A stretch of DNA of 64,000 nt from positions 7,750,001 to 7,814,000 of the forward strand of contig CM102285.1 in assembly GCA_046563655.1 (NCBI GenBank), in the 5' to 3' direction. Made by a program: the position numbers and the translations under genes. This document shows positions 7,747 through 18,530 of the stretch, piece by piece. The stretch comes from Yuukianura sp. NJ FZ-2021. Taxonomy: Eukaryota. Below the pieces are notes generated by a model. The model searched no databases, was not told the origin of the DNA, and worked only from the letters and a program-made list of their open reading frames with translations. Numbering within the stretch: position 1 is the stretch's first letter; each line of letters begins with the position of its first letter.

Positions 7747-10700
7747 TTATTTTGGAATATCTTTGTGACCAAAAGCTAAAGTGTTTACATTATCTACAGC
7801 GTATCTCTTGGTGTCCAATCCGTTGAGGGCCTTCTTCATGGTGACCTCTGTGAAAATTCGATGTTCGACACTTCTGAAACCGCGCATGGTGACCATAGTC
7901 TGAACATTCTCCTTGAGGACTCTCTCATAGTCTTCAAACTTGACTTGACCGTTAACAGCTGTTTTTGTGATTCCCTTTGCCTTCTTGGTATACTCATCCT
8001 TCAGGAGCCATTCACCATCCGGCTTCTTTTGGAATTCTCCTCCGACTTGTGCTACCTTTAGGGATCGAATTGTGTACATCTTTGGCCGCGGGCAGTAGAC
8101 ATGAGTGATCACCGATCCGGCAGTCTCGTCCTTGAATTTTCCCAGAACTTTCTTATTCGTCGGATCGTGAAATCTTCCAAACAGCGGATGATTTTCTGGG
8201 TATTCACTCATATCATAGTGCTCCCTTTGCTGCAGCATGTCTTCATAAACATCATTGGTCTGGATGTGATAGATGAATGAATCTGAAACAAAATATAATC
8301 GAAATATAATCAGAAACTGAAAAGCTAAGACTTGAGAGTTAATAAAGTACCTGTGTCAGTGTAAATCAGACGGCACTTGTCGCCATATCGAGTCTGCATC
8401 ACCGCTCTGTGATGCCGATACATAATACTTTTAGCAAAGTCCAAAATGCTGACTCCTGTGAAGATTGGCTTGTTGAGGGTGACTTGAAGCCGTTTCATCA
8501 TGAAAATACATGTTGTTTCGTTAATGGGGATCACATTTTGAACAGTAGGCTTCTTGTTGTAGTACAGCGCCTTCTCCATTGTTGTGACTACCCGAACGTT
8601 TTGTCGTTTTCTAACTTGCTCAATGGTTTTACCGAAAGCAGAGTTGTTTAGCAACTTCCAAAAGTCTTTTGCAAAGTCACTTGTGGCCTTCTTCCGCATT
8701 TCAGTATTAAAGTCAATGAATTGCTTCATCCACGGCCCTTGGATAAAGGAAATTCCACGGTGGACCTTTGTAACCTTGGCCCCCATTTTGAGGTATTCTT
8801 TAAGCACCTCCTGGTGCAGAATGTAGTTTTTCTTGTTATTTAGATCTGCAACCAGCTTTTTGACTTTGAAAAGTCCAGGTCCTGACTTGAGATCCTGTAA
8901 GAGTTGATTTTGATGTGCAGAGAGCTCTTCCATTGGAACAGTTCTGGCAACTGGAGCCGGAGGGTAATCATTCAATTTTTCATGAAGACTGGCATCAATT
9001 TCCAAGTCGACTTCCAACATGTAACCAATGACTTTCTTCCTTTCTGTTTCGGCAACAAAGTCGTCGATATTGCTGGAAATTTTCTCGACTTCTTCTTCTG
9101 TGAGCCATTTAAATTGACCAAGAGGAAGTGCAATACTCATCGATTTGCCCTATAAATATCATAATTGTGAAAACTGAAACAATACATTTAACTTTATAGA
9201 CTTACATATAAGTTGTTGGCATCAATGTAAAGAATGTAAAATAACGCTTTCGTTGGATCGAATTCATCACCCATATACGGATTGTTGGCGACGGCTTCCC
9301 GTCTAGAGCCAACACTGACATAGCCGCCTAAAATAAAAATTTATTAGACCGGGATCGATTTAAATGTAACACAATTTTCTTACCTCGAATTCCGTGTTCT
9401 ATCCAGCAATGCATCGTAGGATCGGTGATCAAGTCTAGAACGACCCCTGATTTCTTGAGAACACAGTCCATCGCCATCATTGGCAGGGAAAAATAATGGC
9501 CCAGTTCCAGCCCGTAACTGTCCATCATAAGTTTTCGAACACCTTCCATTACGTCAGCTAGCAGGGACACGTCCAGACGAACGTAGAGGTCATGCCACTC
9601 CCCCATGTTTTGAATGTTAAAACTCTTCCAAACCTCCTTTGCGTGATTGTAAACAGCGTCTTGAATTGGTGTTTCGGTCATGTCATTGAAGAACGCTTCT
9701 TTCGGAGGTAAACTTGTCATTTCAAAGTCTTCACAGGATTTCATAAGTGAGTATGGGTAGGCGCCCTTCTTGAAGAGAAGATCAATGTTGGCACCATTTT
9801 CAACTTCTTTCTGAAACTCCTGTCTAGTTATGTCAAATTTGGCATTTGGGTCTTTGCGCATAACTTCAACCAGCTTGTCCAGTGATTTCAATGTGAAACC
9901 CAGACTGTCGGTAAAACGGAGCTTATATTTCTCACGTCGTCTCACGTTTTCTCGCGTGATCTCCTCCTCTACGTTTTCTTCTTCGCCCGAACGTTCCGGT
10001 GATACGGTGACACACAAATACTTCTCGCTACTCTTTGGGATCACTTCAACGTGACTGATGATTTTATCTTCCGTTAGCTTTCCCATGGCCTGAATCAAGA
10101 AGTGCACGTCGTAAGATGAGAAGTTGTGTAGAAAGACTGGGAACTCTTTTTTAATTTGAGCCTGGAGATTGCAGTCTTGATGAGCCATGCCGATATAGTT
10201 GAATGGAGGGAGATGGGAATGATGACGCACTTTCCAGTCCGTCTTCTCAAAAAGCTTCTCACAGAAACAGCAGAAACGGGCAGTCTTTTTCTCTTCCCGC
10301 TGTCTGGGAGTCATGTTTCTTTCCAGCATATCAGGAGCAATTCGCTCATACTCGTCCACTTCGTCGCCAAGGGTTTTGGAGAAACGAAGGATGCTTTCCA
10401 TGAAGTGTGCAGCAATGTCTTCATCGTCTTCTGTGGCGTGATAGTATTCGCCATGGCGGCGCTTCCCCTCGAAATCCACACAGACCCATGCATAGCCGCA
10501 GGGCTTGTGAGTATGCGTACAACGATGATTTTCTGTTGGCTTACTTTTGATCCCGGTGACGCGTTCTTTAAGTTTTCGACGCTCGTCTTCTTGCTCGGCT
10601 GAGGTATGAAATTTTGGCAGAAAAGCTTCGAAGTCAGCGTAGAATCGAAAAGGTACAGGCTGAGTTCTAGCCCACTTGTTAAAGTACAGTTCGTTTTCTT

Positions 10701-12207
10701 CTGGTTTGGGATACGTGACTTTCTGGAGACCAAGTGCAGCACAAAAAGGTTTATGCTCTTCCAGAGTTTTTGGCTGTTGGAAATTGGAAAGGCAGTTGCG
10801 ACAAATATGCTTCATTCTGTGGTCGTTTGGTGCTCGCATGAGTGTCTCGAGATTTCGAATTAAAACAAAATGAGCGTTGTTACCTTTCATCAGACACATT
10901 AAATCAACGTGGATGTCCTTGATTTGTTTTGAATTGTATAGGATGGAGATGTTGCTTTGAATGTATTTAAAAAGTTCCAAATTTTCCTTCCTTGACTTCT
11001 TCCCTTCTTTTCTCTCTGGAGCTGATGGAACGTCCATGTCGTAACCAAGCACAGTCAATGAAATGTTAGGATTGAGCGCTTCAAATTTCGGGATTTGCTC
11101 GAGAGTCATTGGAAAGTGAAGCCCCGTGGTGTTGACCTTGTGAGCGTGAGGCGCATATGTCTTCACCCGCTTATCAAATTTACTGCGGTTATTGTTTCTT
11201 CCGGCGGGTAACCCAGCGAGTTTTTCATGTGCAAGCACAGACCAAAGGAAGCACTTGTTATGTGAATTCGTGATTGAGATTTCGCTGTTGTCGACATTGA
11301 GTAGTAACTTTTTGTGCTCGGACAACGGAAATGGTGTCTCAATATAAGTTCCCACTTTAGTAAACTGATACTTGGCCGTTACAAACCTGAATTCTGATAT
11401 GTAATCAAGATCCCATCCACTGCCTTCATGCGTAAAGTCTTCAATCTGATCAGACATTTCATGACACATGATTGACCACACACGAGATAATGACGCTGGG
11501 GTGAAGACAAGATGGCGGTAAGAAGTAAAGCCTGCATCCTTGGTTTCAATACTGCCATCTGCGTGTGTTTTTGTGAAGCGACATTTCATGGAAAAGAAAA
11601 CTCTCACATTCTTCCACTTTTTGAGATCATTTTCAATGTTATCAAACGATGATTGTTGTACACTGTTGAAAAAGTCACGCTCATCGAATCCGCTACCACA
11701 CTGGAATTTCTCAAACTCTGCCAAGTACTTTGTACACATATTAAGGGAAGTAAGAACAGGCTTCACCAAAATTAGTTCTATAGCCGACGGCTGAAGTCCT
11801 CCAGTTTGTACACTATAAAAGTCTGGATGCATATTGTGGAAATGTTCTTGAAGTTTGTCTCGACAGTTGAACGATAGACCACAAGGTGGACACAAAAGTT
11901 CTCGATATACTTGAAGAATTTCATGGTTTACTGGAAGAAAGGCAGGTTCCTGGAAATCTTGATCGTGACGCTCCATGAAGTGGTTGTCCAACTCTTCTTG
12001 AGCGAAGAATACAGCAAAACAAACTGGACACTCAAAATCCGCCATTTTCCCACAAGGTAACTGACGAAAGTCCTCGTCATGGCTACTAACATGAGCTGCC
12101 AAGTCTTTCTTCTTGTAGAACTTTGCGCCACAAATTGGACACTCGTGATTCCTGACACAAATTTGCTTCGACGAGCCAGCCACTGGAGATGCTGTTCGCT
12201 TTGACAT
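7747..12207 (-). CDS. Protein-primed family B DNA polymerase (pPolB), 4 exons: 12207-9384, 9327-9206, 9149-8351, 8282-7747; ~1426 aa
   Basis: Splicing restores GIRGG, YIDANNLYGKSMS..LP, KLLNNSAFGKT, YTDTDS and KKAKGI. Exonuclease motifs YADFE, HNFSSYD, Y..LDV. Three N-terminal C2H2 fingers, CFLWSVLA..HFVLI segment, and an EndoVII-like C..C..HH.H..AH..CN insert. Exon lengths 2824+122+799+536 = 4281 nt, in frame. Confidence 0.95.
8283..8350 (-). other. Spliceosomal intron 3 of pPolB (68 nt)
   Basis: ACAG|GTACTT...TTTTGTTTCAG|AT; removal gives YTDTDSFIY. Confidence 0.92.
9150..9205 (-). other. Spliceosomal intron 2 of pPolB (56 nt)
   Basis: TAT|GTAAGT...ATTTATAG|GGC; removal gives DANNLYGKSM. 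Confidence 0.92.
9328..9383 (-). other. Spliceosomal intron 1 of pPolB (56 nt)
   Basis: CGAG|GTAAGA...TTTTATTTTAG|GC; removal gives GIRGGYV. Confidence 0.92.
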
Positions 12208-12339
12208 CCTTAGAAATAGTTAAAATAAAATAGTTATTAAAAAACCTAACGTAACATTTGGTGCTAACCATAATAAATAGTTAAATACTTTAAAATGTTA
12301 AAATCGTTCAAAAAGATGAGTTAATTTTACCCATTGAGA

Positions 12340-12890
12340 CTGTGTTTTGTGCTGATTAGTATAAAAGTTTATCAAAAAACCGCTTAAATGCTTTGTGACC
12401 AGATGGACAGACATACAGACAATATTATAAAGTAGCTTCCGCCACTTAATGACTGTTTTCATTAAAGAAACGTTTTACGGACAGACACATAGACAAGACC
12501 GTAAAGTAGCTTTCGCTCCTTCATAACTACGTTCTGAGTTGTTTAGTGAAACATATAATTAAAATAACGCTTAAATGCTTTACGGACAGACGGACAGACA
12601 AGACCGTAAAGTAGCTTCCGCTACTTTATAACTACGTTCTGTTTTGTTTAGTAAAAAGTTAATTCAAATAACGCTTAAATGCTTTACGGACAGACAGACA
12701 GACAGACAGACAGTTAGGTCCTAAAGTAGCTTCCGCTACTTTATAACTACGTTCTGTATTGTTTAGTAAAACGTTAATTCAAATAACGCTTAAATGCTTT
12801 ACGGACAGACGGACAGACAGACAGTTAGGTCTTAAAGTAGCTTCCGCTACTTTATAACTACGTTCTGTATTGTTTAGTAAAACGTTAATA
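12340..12890. repeat. Subterminal tandem array, ~5 units of mostly ~105-115 bp, each with a (GACA)n tract and a hairpin
   Basis: TAAAGTAGC-TTCC-GCTACTTTA at ~12607, ~12722 and ~12833, degenerate at ~12428 and ~12502; each preceded by GGACAGAC(AGAC)n. Confidence 0.92.
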
Positions 12891-15189
12891 ACCTTTAGCG
12901 AGTTTTGCTTACCTTATTGTAGTAGTCCGTATTGTTGTAAGTGCTGATTTTGTATAGTATATGCTACTGTCTGCTTTAATTGAGTTTAAATTTAAGTGTC
13001 TTGATTTTCGACTAGTGAATACGTCAAATGTTGGGAATGAACTGAACAATTTTTTAAAAACTCTTTGAATTAAAAGGACAGCTGAAGTCTGAAATACAAA
13101 TTCTATTTTAGAAAAGTATTCGTTTTGCCTCGGGTGTTGGAGAATTCTAGGAATTGACAAGTTCAAACAAGAACTTTTTCGTTGCAGACACAAATAAGGA
13201 GTTTTCAGAAGGACAAAAATACAATTCTTAATCCGGAAAAAGGTTGGGGTTGCATTCCAATACAATTTACAAGAATACAGGGTCATTTGTCGAACATTTT
13301 TGACAATTAACTAAAAGGCTTTCTTGTTCTTTTTAGATTTTGAGGAACCCTTTTCCCCCTCCCCAATATTGCGCCCGACTAGCCCCCGCGGCTGAGCTAA
13401 AAATAATTTACCGCAAGATCCGATCCTAGCCTCTACTACTAAGCCTAAATAAACCTAAGCCTAATGGTGACATTTTGACAGCCTGACTGCTCAAAGGGAA
13501 AAGTCCGCAGTGACATGATATTTAATTCCTTTTGTGCCTTTTGTTACAGTTTCTTTATGTCTGATAGTTCAAAACCGCGTATTTCTTGCTTTACCAAATA
13601 AACGAAAAATATTTCAAAATTAAATTTTTTCCATGAGTTAGTAAAGCAATTCTGCTACAATTTTCCAATTGAAGATTCATGATTTTGTCACAAAATTTTT
13701 GTTTCTAAGTTTTTTTTTTATTATGCGAAATCTTTTTTTATGTGTTATTTGAACTGCCCTGCTGCTTTCGGAATGGCGGGATTTCTAGAGTATGGAAGCC
13801 CTTAAGATGCCTCTTTTCTCGTCTTCTTCTGTTTGTGGTCAAATCGAGAGTTAAAGATGCACAACGTGCATTAGGGATTAAGGACGGAGTTCAAGTCCAT
13901 TCCCAAAATAGTCAGATCGAGATCATGGTCTTTCCTCAGCGTCGTGCGGTGCTTTCTCTACTTGCTTCCAAGTTTTATGACTTTTGGGCGCTTAGTCGAC
14001 GACAGAAACCTTTTAGAGTAGGTAATAGGTTTCTAGTTCCAGTATCCGTTCACCATTAATTTGATTCCTTTGCGTCGTTATGCTGTTTTCACTTCCACTA
14101 TAAGATTTTACAAACCATTCATTTACCTATCCACTTAAAACTAAATCTTGTTGCCTCACCATACCTAAATTGCTTATGCTTAGGTTATGCAGTCGATGAC
14201 TTCATAAGATCAGAATAACCTAATCAGGTTACAGCATACTGTTGGAGGTCGGCAGAATTATAATACGTTCAACCGTTGAAAAGAAATACATAAAAACGGA
14301 GTAGGTTTTTTTAAGTTGAGTTTCTTAGAATGTTGCGTATTTTTGGCGGATGTTCCGTTTAACAAGTGAAAGCAATATGTCTCTTATGCCACCGTTCTCT
14401 GTTGCGACATGCTAAGTTGGGAAGAAGGCTGGAAGCAATTTCGTTTGGTTCCAGAAGAATCCTATTAACATAAGCCTAACATATCTCTTTCCCTTCCTCC
14501 GTTTTCTGGAAGCACTCGTAGGAACCAGCACAAGGGAAGTATCATCCAATTTTCTCCTCCCGAATTGGAATTATTAACGCCCGTCTCTCAGGGATTGACT
14601 TGCTTCTCTAGTGAATTCAGATTTTGCTTTTTTTTTTTGTTAAGGTACATAAAATAAAAAAAAACCAACAGTTGTTTTTCAAAATTCGGTATGTCAAGAA
14701 TCAGGTTTGCAAAACCTTCTTCAATTATTGCAAAAGCAATTGCTTGATACGCCAACTCATAAGCATTCTAAAAAAAAACTCCGCCTTATATTTATAATAT
14801 TTTTTATATATTGTTTATACTTATATATTATACTTATATTTATTTATATATGTATACAGAATATTTCCTGATGTAAAGGAGGTGGACCAAAAACGAAACT
14901 TTTTTTATTACCTTTTATAGGAAATATCTCGAAGAATACATATTCACATGTTGCATTTTGAAAGTATAACTTTTCCTTGTGCAAACTTTCTCTGTTTTTT
15001 CCTTCTCCGTCTGCTGAAAAGTTGGTTCGTCTTGCTCAAGTCCGATTCAATTGTCCGGATTTCCTGCTTATTTTTGGCTTCAAATGCAAATTCCTATTTG
15101 AAACTTTTTCTTTTCGTTCAAGCAAAAGAAGAATTGAGTTTCCTTTTCACAAAAGCAGGAACTTAAATAAAATTCGAAAACTATTTCTA

Positions 15190-18100
15190 CTACAGACTTA
15201 GCTACACTTTTCTTCTCTTCAAAATACGAACACTCATTTTTAAACTTTCTTTTGTAAACTATGCAATCGAATTCAATTTGTCCCTTCACTTCACTAAATT
15301 TTATTGTTGATGAAGTTTATTTAAAGAAAATAATATATGATTTTAAGTCAAGCTTGAACCAGGTTGTGTAGTAAATTAAATCATCTGCTTGAATTCGATA
15401 GATTATTTCAGTTTTTAAATTCGGCTTTTCTTTGCATGTTTTGCATAGAATTCCCAAAGATAACAACCCGAAAAGCCTTTTCGGTTTTAGTTACTTGATT
15501 GATTTATTACGCAAAGTAGCTGGCGGCGATGTTGTTACTCGTATCGTGGAGATTGTGAATTGCTATGTTCCAGGGTAAAAGCGGAGGGAAAAACGCTTGT
15601 TTGCAGGGTTACCTGTTTGAATAAATTCAAACGTTAACAATCCTTTAGGAGTCCTTTCCAAACTTGAAAAAGTTTTAGACTTTGAACAAGTTTTGAAACT
15701 GGAGGAACAAAGAAAAAATTGGAAAAAGAAGGCAGGAAAAAGTCAACATGGAGAAACGATTCTTAAAACACGAACGTAAGATCGGTTTTCTCTTCTATAA
15801 GAAATTGGAGAGCTTAAAAGCTTTACCGTTTCTTTACCTTATTGCACTTGAATTTTCCATCTTTAAGAATAAACTGTCTGCAATGACTACATAAACAAGA
15901 ATCCTGTCAGATCAATTTTTGAAAATTCCCTGCAAAATATTGATGACATTTACTTCTGACCTTGTTAGAGGTCATTTGAATTTGAACAATCGAGATTTCT
16001 GTGTCGTCAACCATCCATCGCCTGAAACACTTCCTGAATCGGTTCATTTGTTTTGGATTGTAAAAATGACGATAACCTTGACATTTTACCGTGTTAAAGG
16101 TTAGGTTAGATTACCGTGTTAAAGGTCACTCAAGGTTAAAAAAGTACCATAATCTTATTCGCCGTCTCATCAAAAATCCTACCCTGCATACCGCTTCAAA
16201 ATCTGTTCAATCATTTCCGGATTACATACAGAACGTTGACCTTGGCCTCTGACACTTAAAAGTTTGACGTCAATTGGAAAACAGATGTGTGTCATCAGGG
16301 CAGCAGCTACTAACGAAAACCGGTTGCAGGTTCGTATACTAGCTCTCAAGTTCCAAGCATTACAGATTACACGGACGAACGGACGGACGGACAAATACCT
16401 TATACGTATGTGACGACACTTTACAAATTACAAACCGTTTGATTTTATTTTTGAAATTTCAGGAAATAAGTTAGCTGTTCATCTTTGTCGTAGTAAGAGT
16501 TTTACAATTTTGATTTTTATTGGTAGAAAAATATTTGGAAATGTTTTTTTTAGATTGCTTTGTATCCGTCGTCCTTTCTTTTTCATAAAATATGAGAAAC
16601 GTATCAAGAAAGGGATTCAGATGTGTGGAGAATTTTAAATTTAAAACGTGTGTGTCGAAGTCCGGGGAAGTGGAAAGCGTGGAAATGTGGAAACAAGATT
16701 TCTCCAGTTTTACCTGGGATTTTACAATTTTAACCAAGAAAAAATCAAAGGTTGATCTCTATGTAATCTCATGGTGAGAGGATGAGAAATGAAACTTTTT
16801 TTTTTCAAGGAAATGGAAATTACGTGTCTCTTATGCTAAATTTCCAACAGGGGTTCCAAACCCAAAACAACTTCAGACGTCGTTCTAAAAGTGAAAGTAA
16901 CAATTTTGTTTCAAAAACAAAGAAAGCCTTCTCCCGGGTTCTCCCTTCTGTTTGATTTAATTTTGTATGCACGGTGTTGTCCTGTGTACGCCATTCACCC
17001 CTCGCAAGAAGTGAAAGCGATAAGAGCAAAGTTTTAGAATTGAAAGTCAACTCAAATGAAACAATAAATCAGGACCACAGAAAGTCAACTTTACATTTCA
17101 TTATCCTAAAAAATATAAATGAGATTCTTTTTAATTTTGAATTGAATTGTAAATGAAATAACTATACACATTGGCATCACAATGACATTCAGAATTGGCC
17201 AGTTATATTTTTCCATATTATGATTGGGAAGGTAGCAGTCTGGAAAGTAGAAATACTTTTGCCAAAAACTGAAAAAAAACTCGTGTTTCGTTTCATGGCA
17301 TGAGTATTACCAGAGGTCATGTCAATTGAAGTTTTTGATCTGCGCAATGCGGACTGCAGGGAAACACAACTGCCCAGGATGTTAAGCCCAATTCTGTGAC
17401 TCAAAGAATAATTTATAAGTAATAATCTTCCACCACTTATACTTTCACTGGGAACGACCAAATGGAAACTGTGAATTTAATGTCAGAAAGTTTCTTGTCT
17501 GGACACGAAACGAAACTCGACTCCCGTGTTCGTTTCCTCATATTTTGGACACAAAAAGAAACGTTTCGTGTCGTATCGTTTCTGTGTCTATATGTAAGCA
17601 CGACACGAAACAAAACCCAACGAAACGAGACACAATCAGAGTTCACATGACACAATTTCGGCAAAACTAAATCCCACATTTTGACTTTTCAATTTTAACA
17701 AATCCCTCTGAGTCTTTCCCAAAGTTAAGTAGAGTTAGTTTTCGGTAATTGGTGAACTCCAAAGCGCATATGAATGAAACCTAAGAAAATTTCAGATTGT
17801 GTTTCGTTGAAAAACTGGCATTCAGTTGAATTTATCTAAACTTGTTACATTTTGCAACACTGTTATAGATAAAGCACTAGTTCTTACGGGCAATTGATTT
17901 GAATCAGCATTAAAATAAAACCCGAATTTCACGTCCCGTGTCGGCTCGTTTTGTGTTGGTATCGTGTCCGTTTTGTCTCCGTATCTATAGAAAACAGGCC
18001 GTGTCGTATCGTGTCTAAACCTCTCCGTTTCGTGTAGTTTCCTTGTGTTGGAAACGAAGTTGCCAAGTCTAGTCGTCAATTCCAATAAAAATGCTTTTCT

Positions 18101-18530
18101 CTACGTTACAATCCTCATCAAATGTTGAAGCCAAAGAAAGAAAAATGGACCATAAAATTCTTACTGCCGCCGACTAAAAAGAAAGTGAATGATTTCTATA
18201 CAAAAAAACCAAATCCAACTGCTCCAAATGGGTTGTGGTCTAACTCCTTTAAAAATCCCTGTGTTGTTTTCAGCAGGAATGACTGTCAACTTTATGTTTA
18301 ATATGTTTAGTTCAAGAATTGGAATTCAGGATTGGAATCCGAACACACTGGCAGAACGAGATTGGGTTAGCGGTGTTAGGTTTCACAGATTCTGGGTTTT
18401 AAATTCTAAAGATGTGATTTGAAAATAGTCATTTAGTTTAGACTTTTAGATCGTGAGATAAAAGTTTATTTTTATATGAGGTTGACAGTGCTATTCTCAC
18501 AATCACTGTTATGTGTATTACCACGCCAGC
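15190..18530 (+). repeat. Local segmental duplication, copy 1 (copy 2 at ~41275-47650)
   Basis: Colinear similar blocks: TTCTTCTCTTCAAAATACGAACACTC (15210/41293), GAGTCCTTTCCAAACTTGAAAA (15649/42669), CACAATCACTGTTATGTGTATTA (18498/47615). Confidence 0.9.

Larger units (their letters stand above)
1..13440. mobile_element. Polinton/Maverick (adintovirus-like) endogenous viral element, right-hand part; left end lies upstream of the window
   Basis: Compact cluster of penton-like, core, major capsid, adenain, RVE integrase, A32-like ATPase and protein-primed PolB genes. Candidate terminus CTCTACTACT at 13431-13440 reads AGTAGTAGAG on the minus strand, matching the AGTAGT-type Polinton end. Confidence 0.95.

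Noticed and set aside
7747..9330. Polymerase as a fragmented pseudogene or three separate genes
   Set aside because: Canonical introns restore frame and motifs exactly.
1547..11794. Antisense and overlapping short ORFs within the Polinton genes
   Set aside because: Shadow ORFs of strongly supported genes with no motifs of their own.
12208..12271. Extra upstream coding exon or intron for pPolB
   Set aside because: An acceptor-like TTTCTAAG precedes the ATG, but the nearest ATG|GT donor would splice into a different short frame. It may be a 5' UTR intron; unresolved.
12340..12890. CRISPR-like look of the hairpin repeat array
   Set aside because: The intervening sequences are themselves repeated, there are no cas genes, and the context is eukaryotic.
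12918..12927. GTAGTAGT as the Polinton terminus
   Set aside because: Wrong orientation for a right end; CTACTACT at 13433-13440 fits better.
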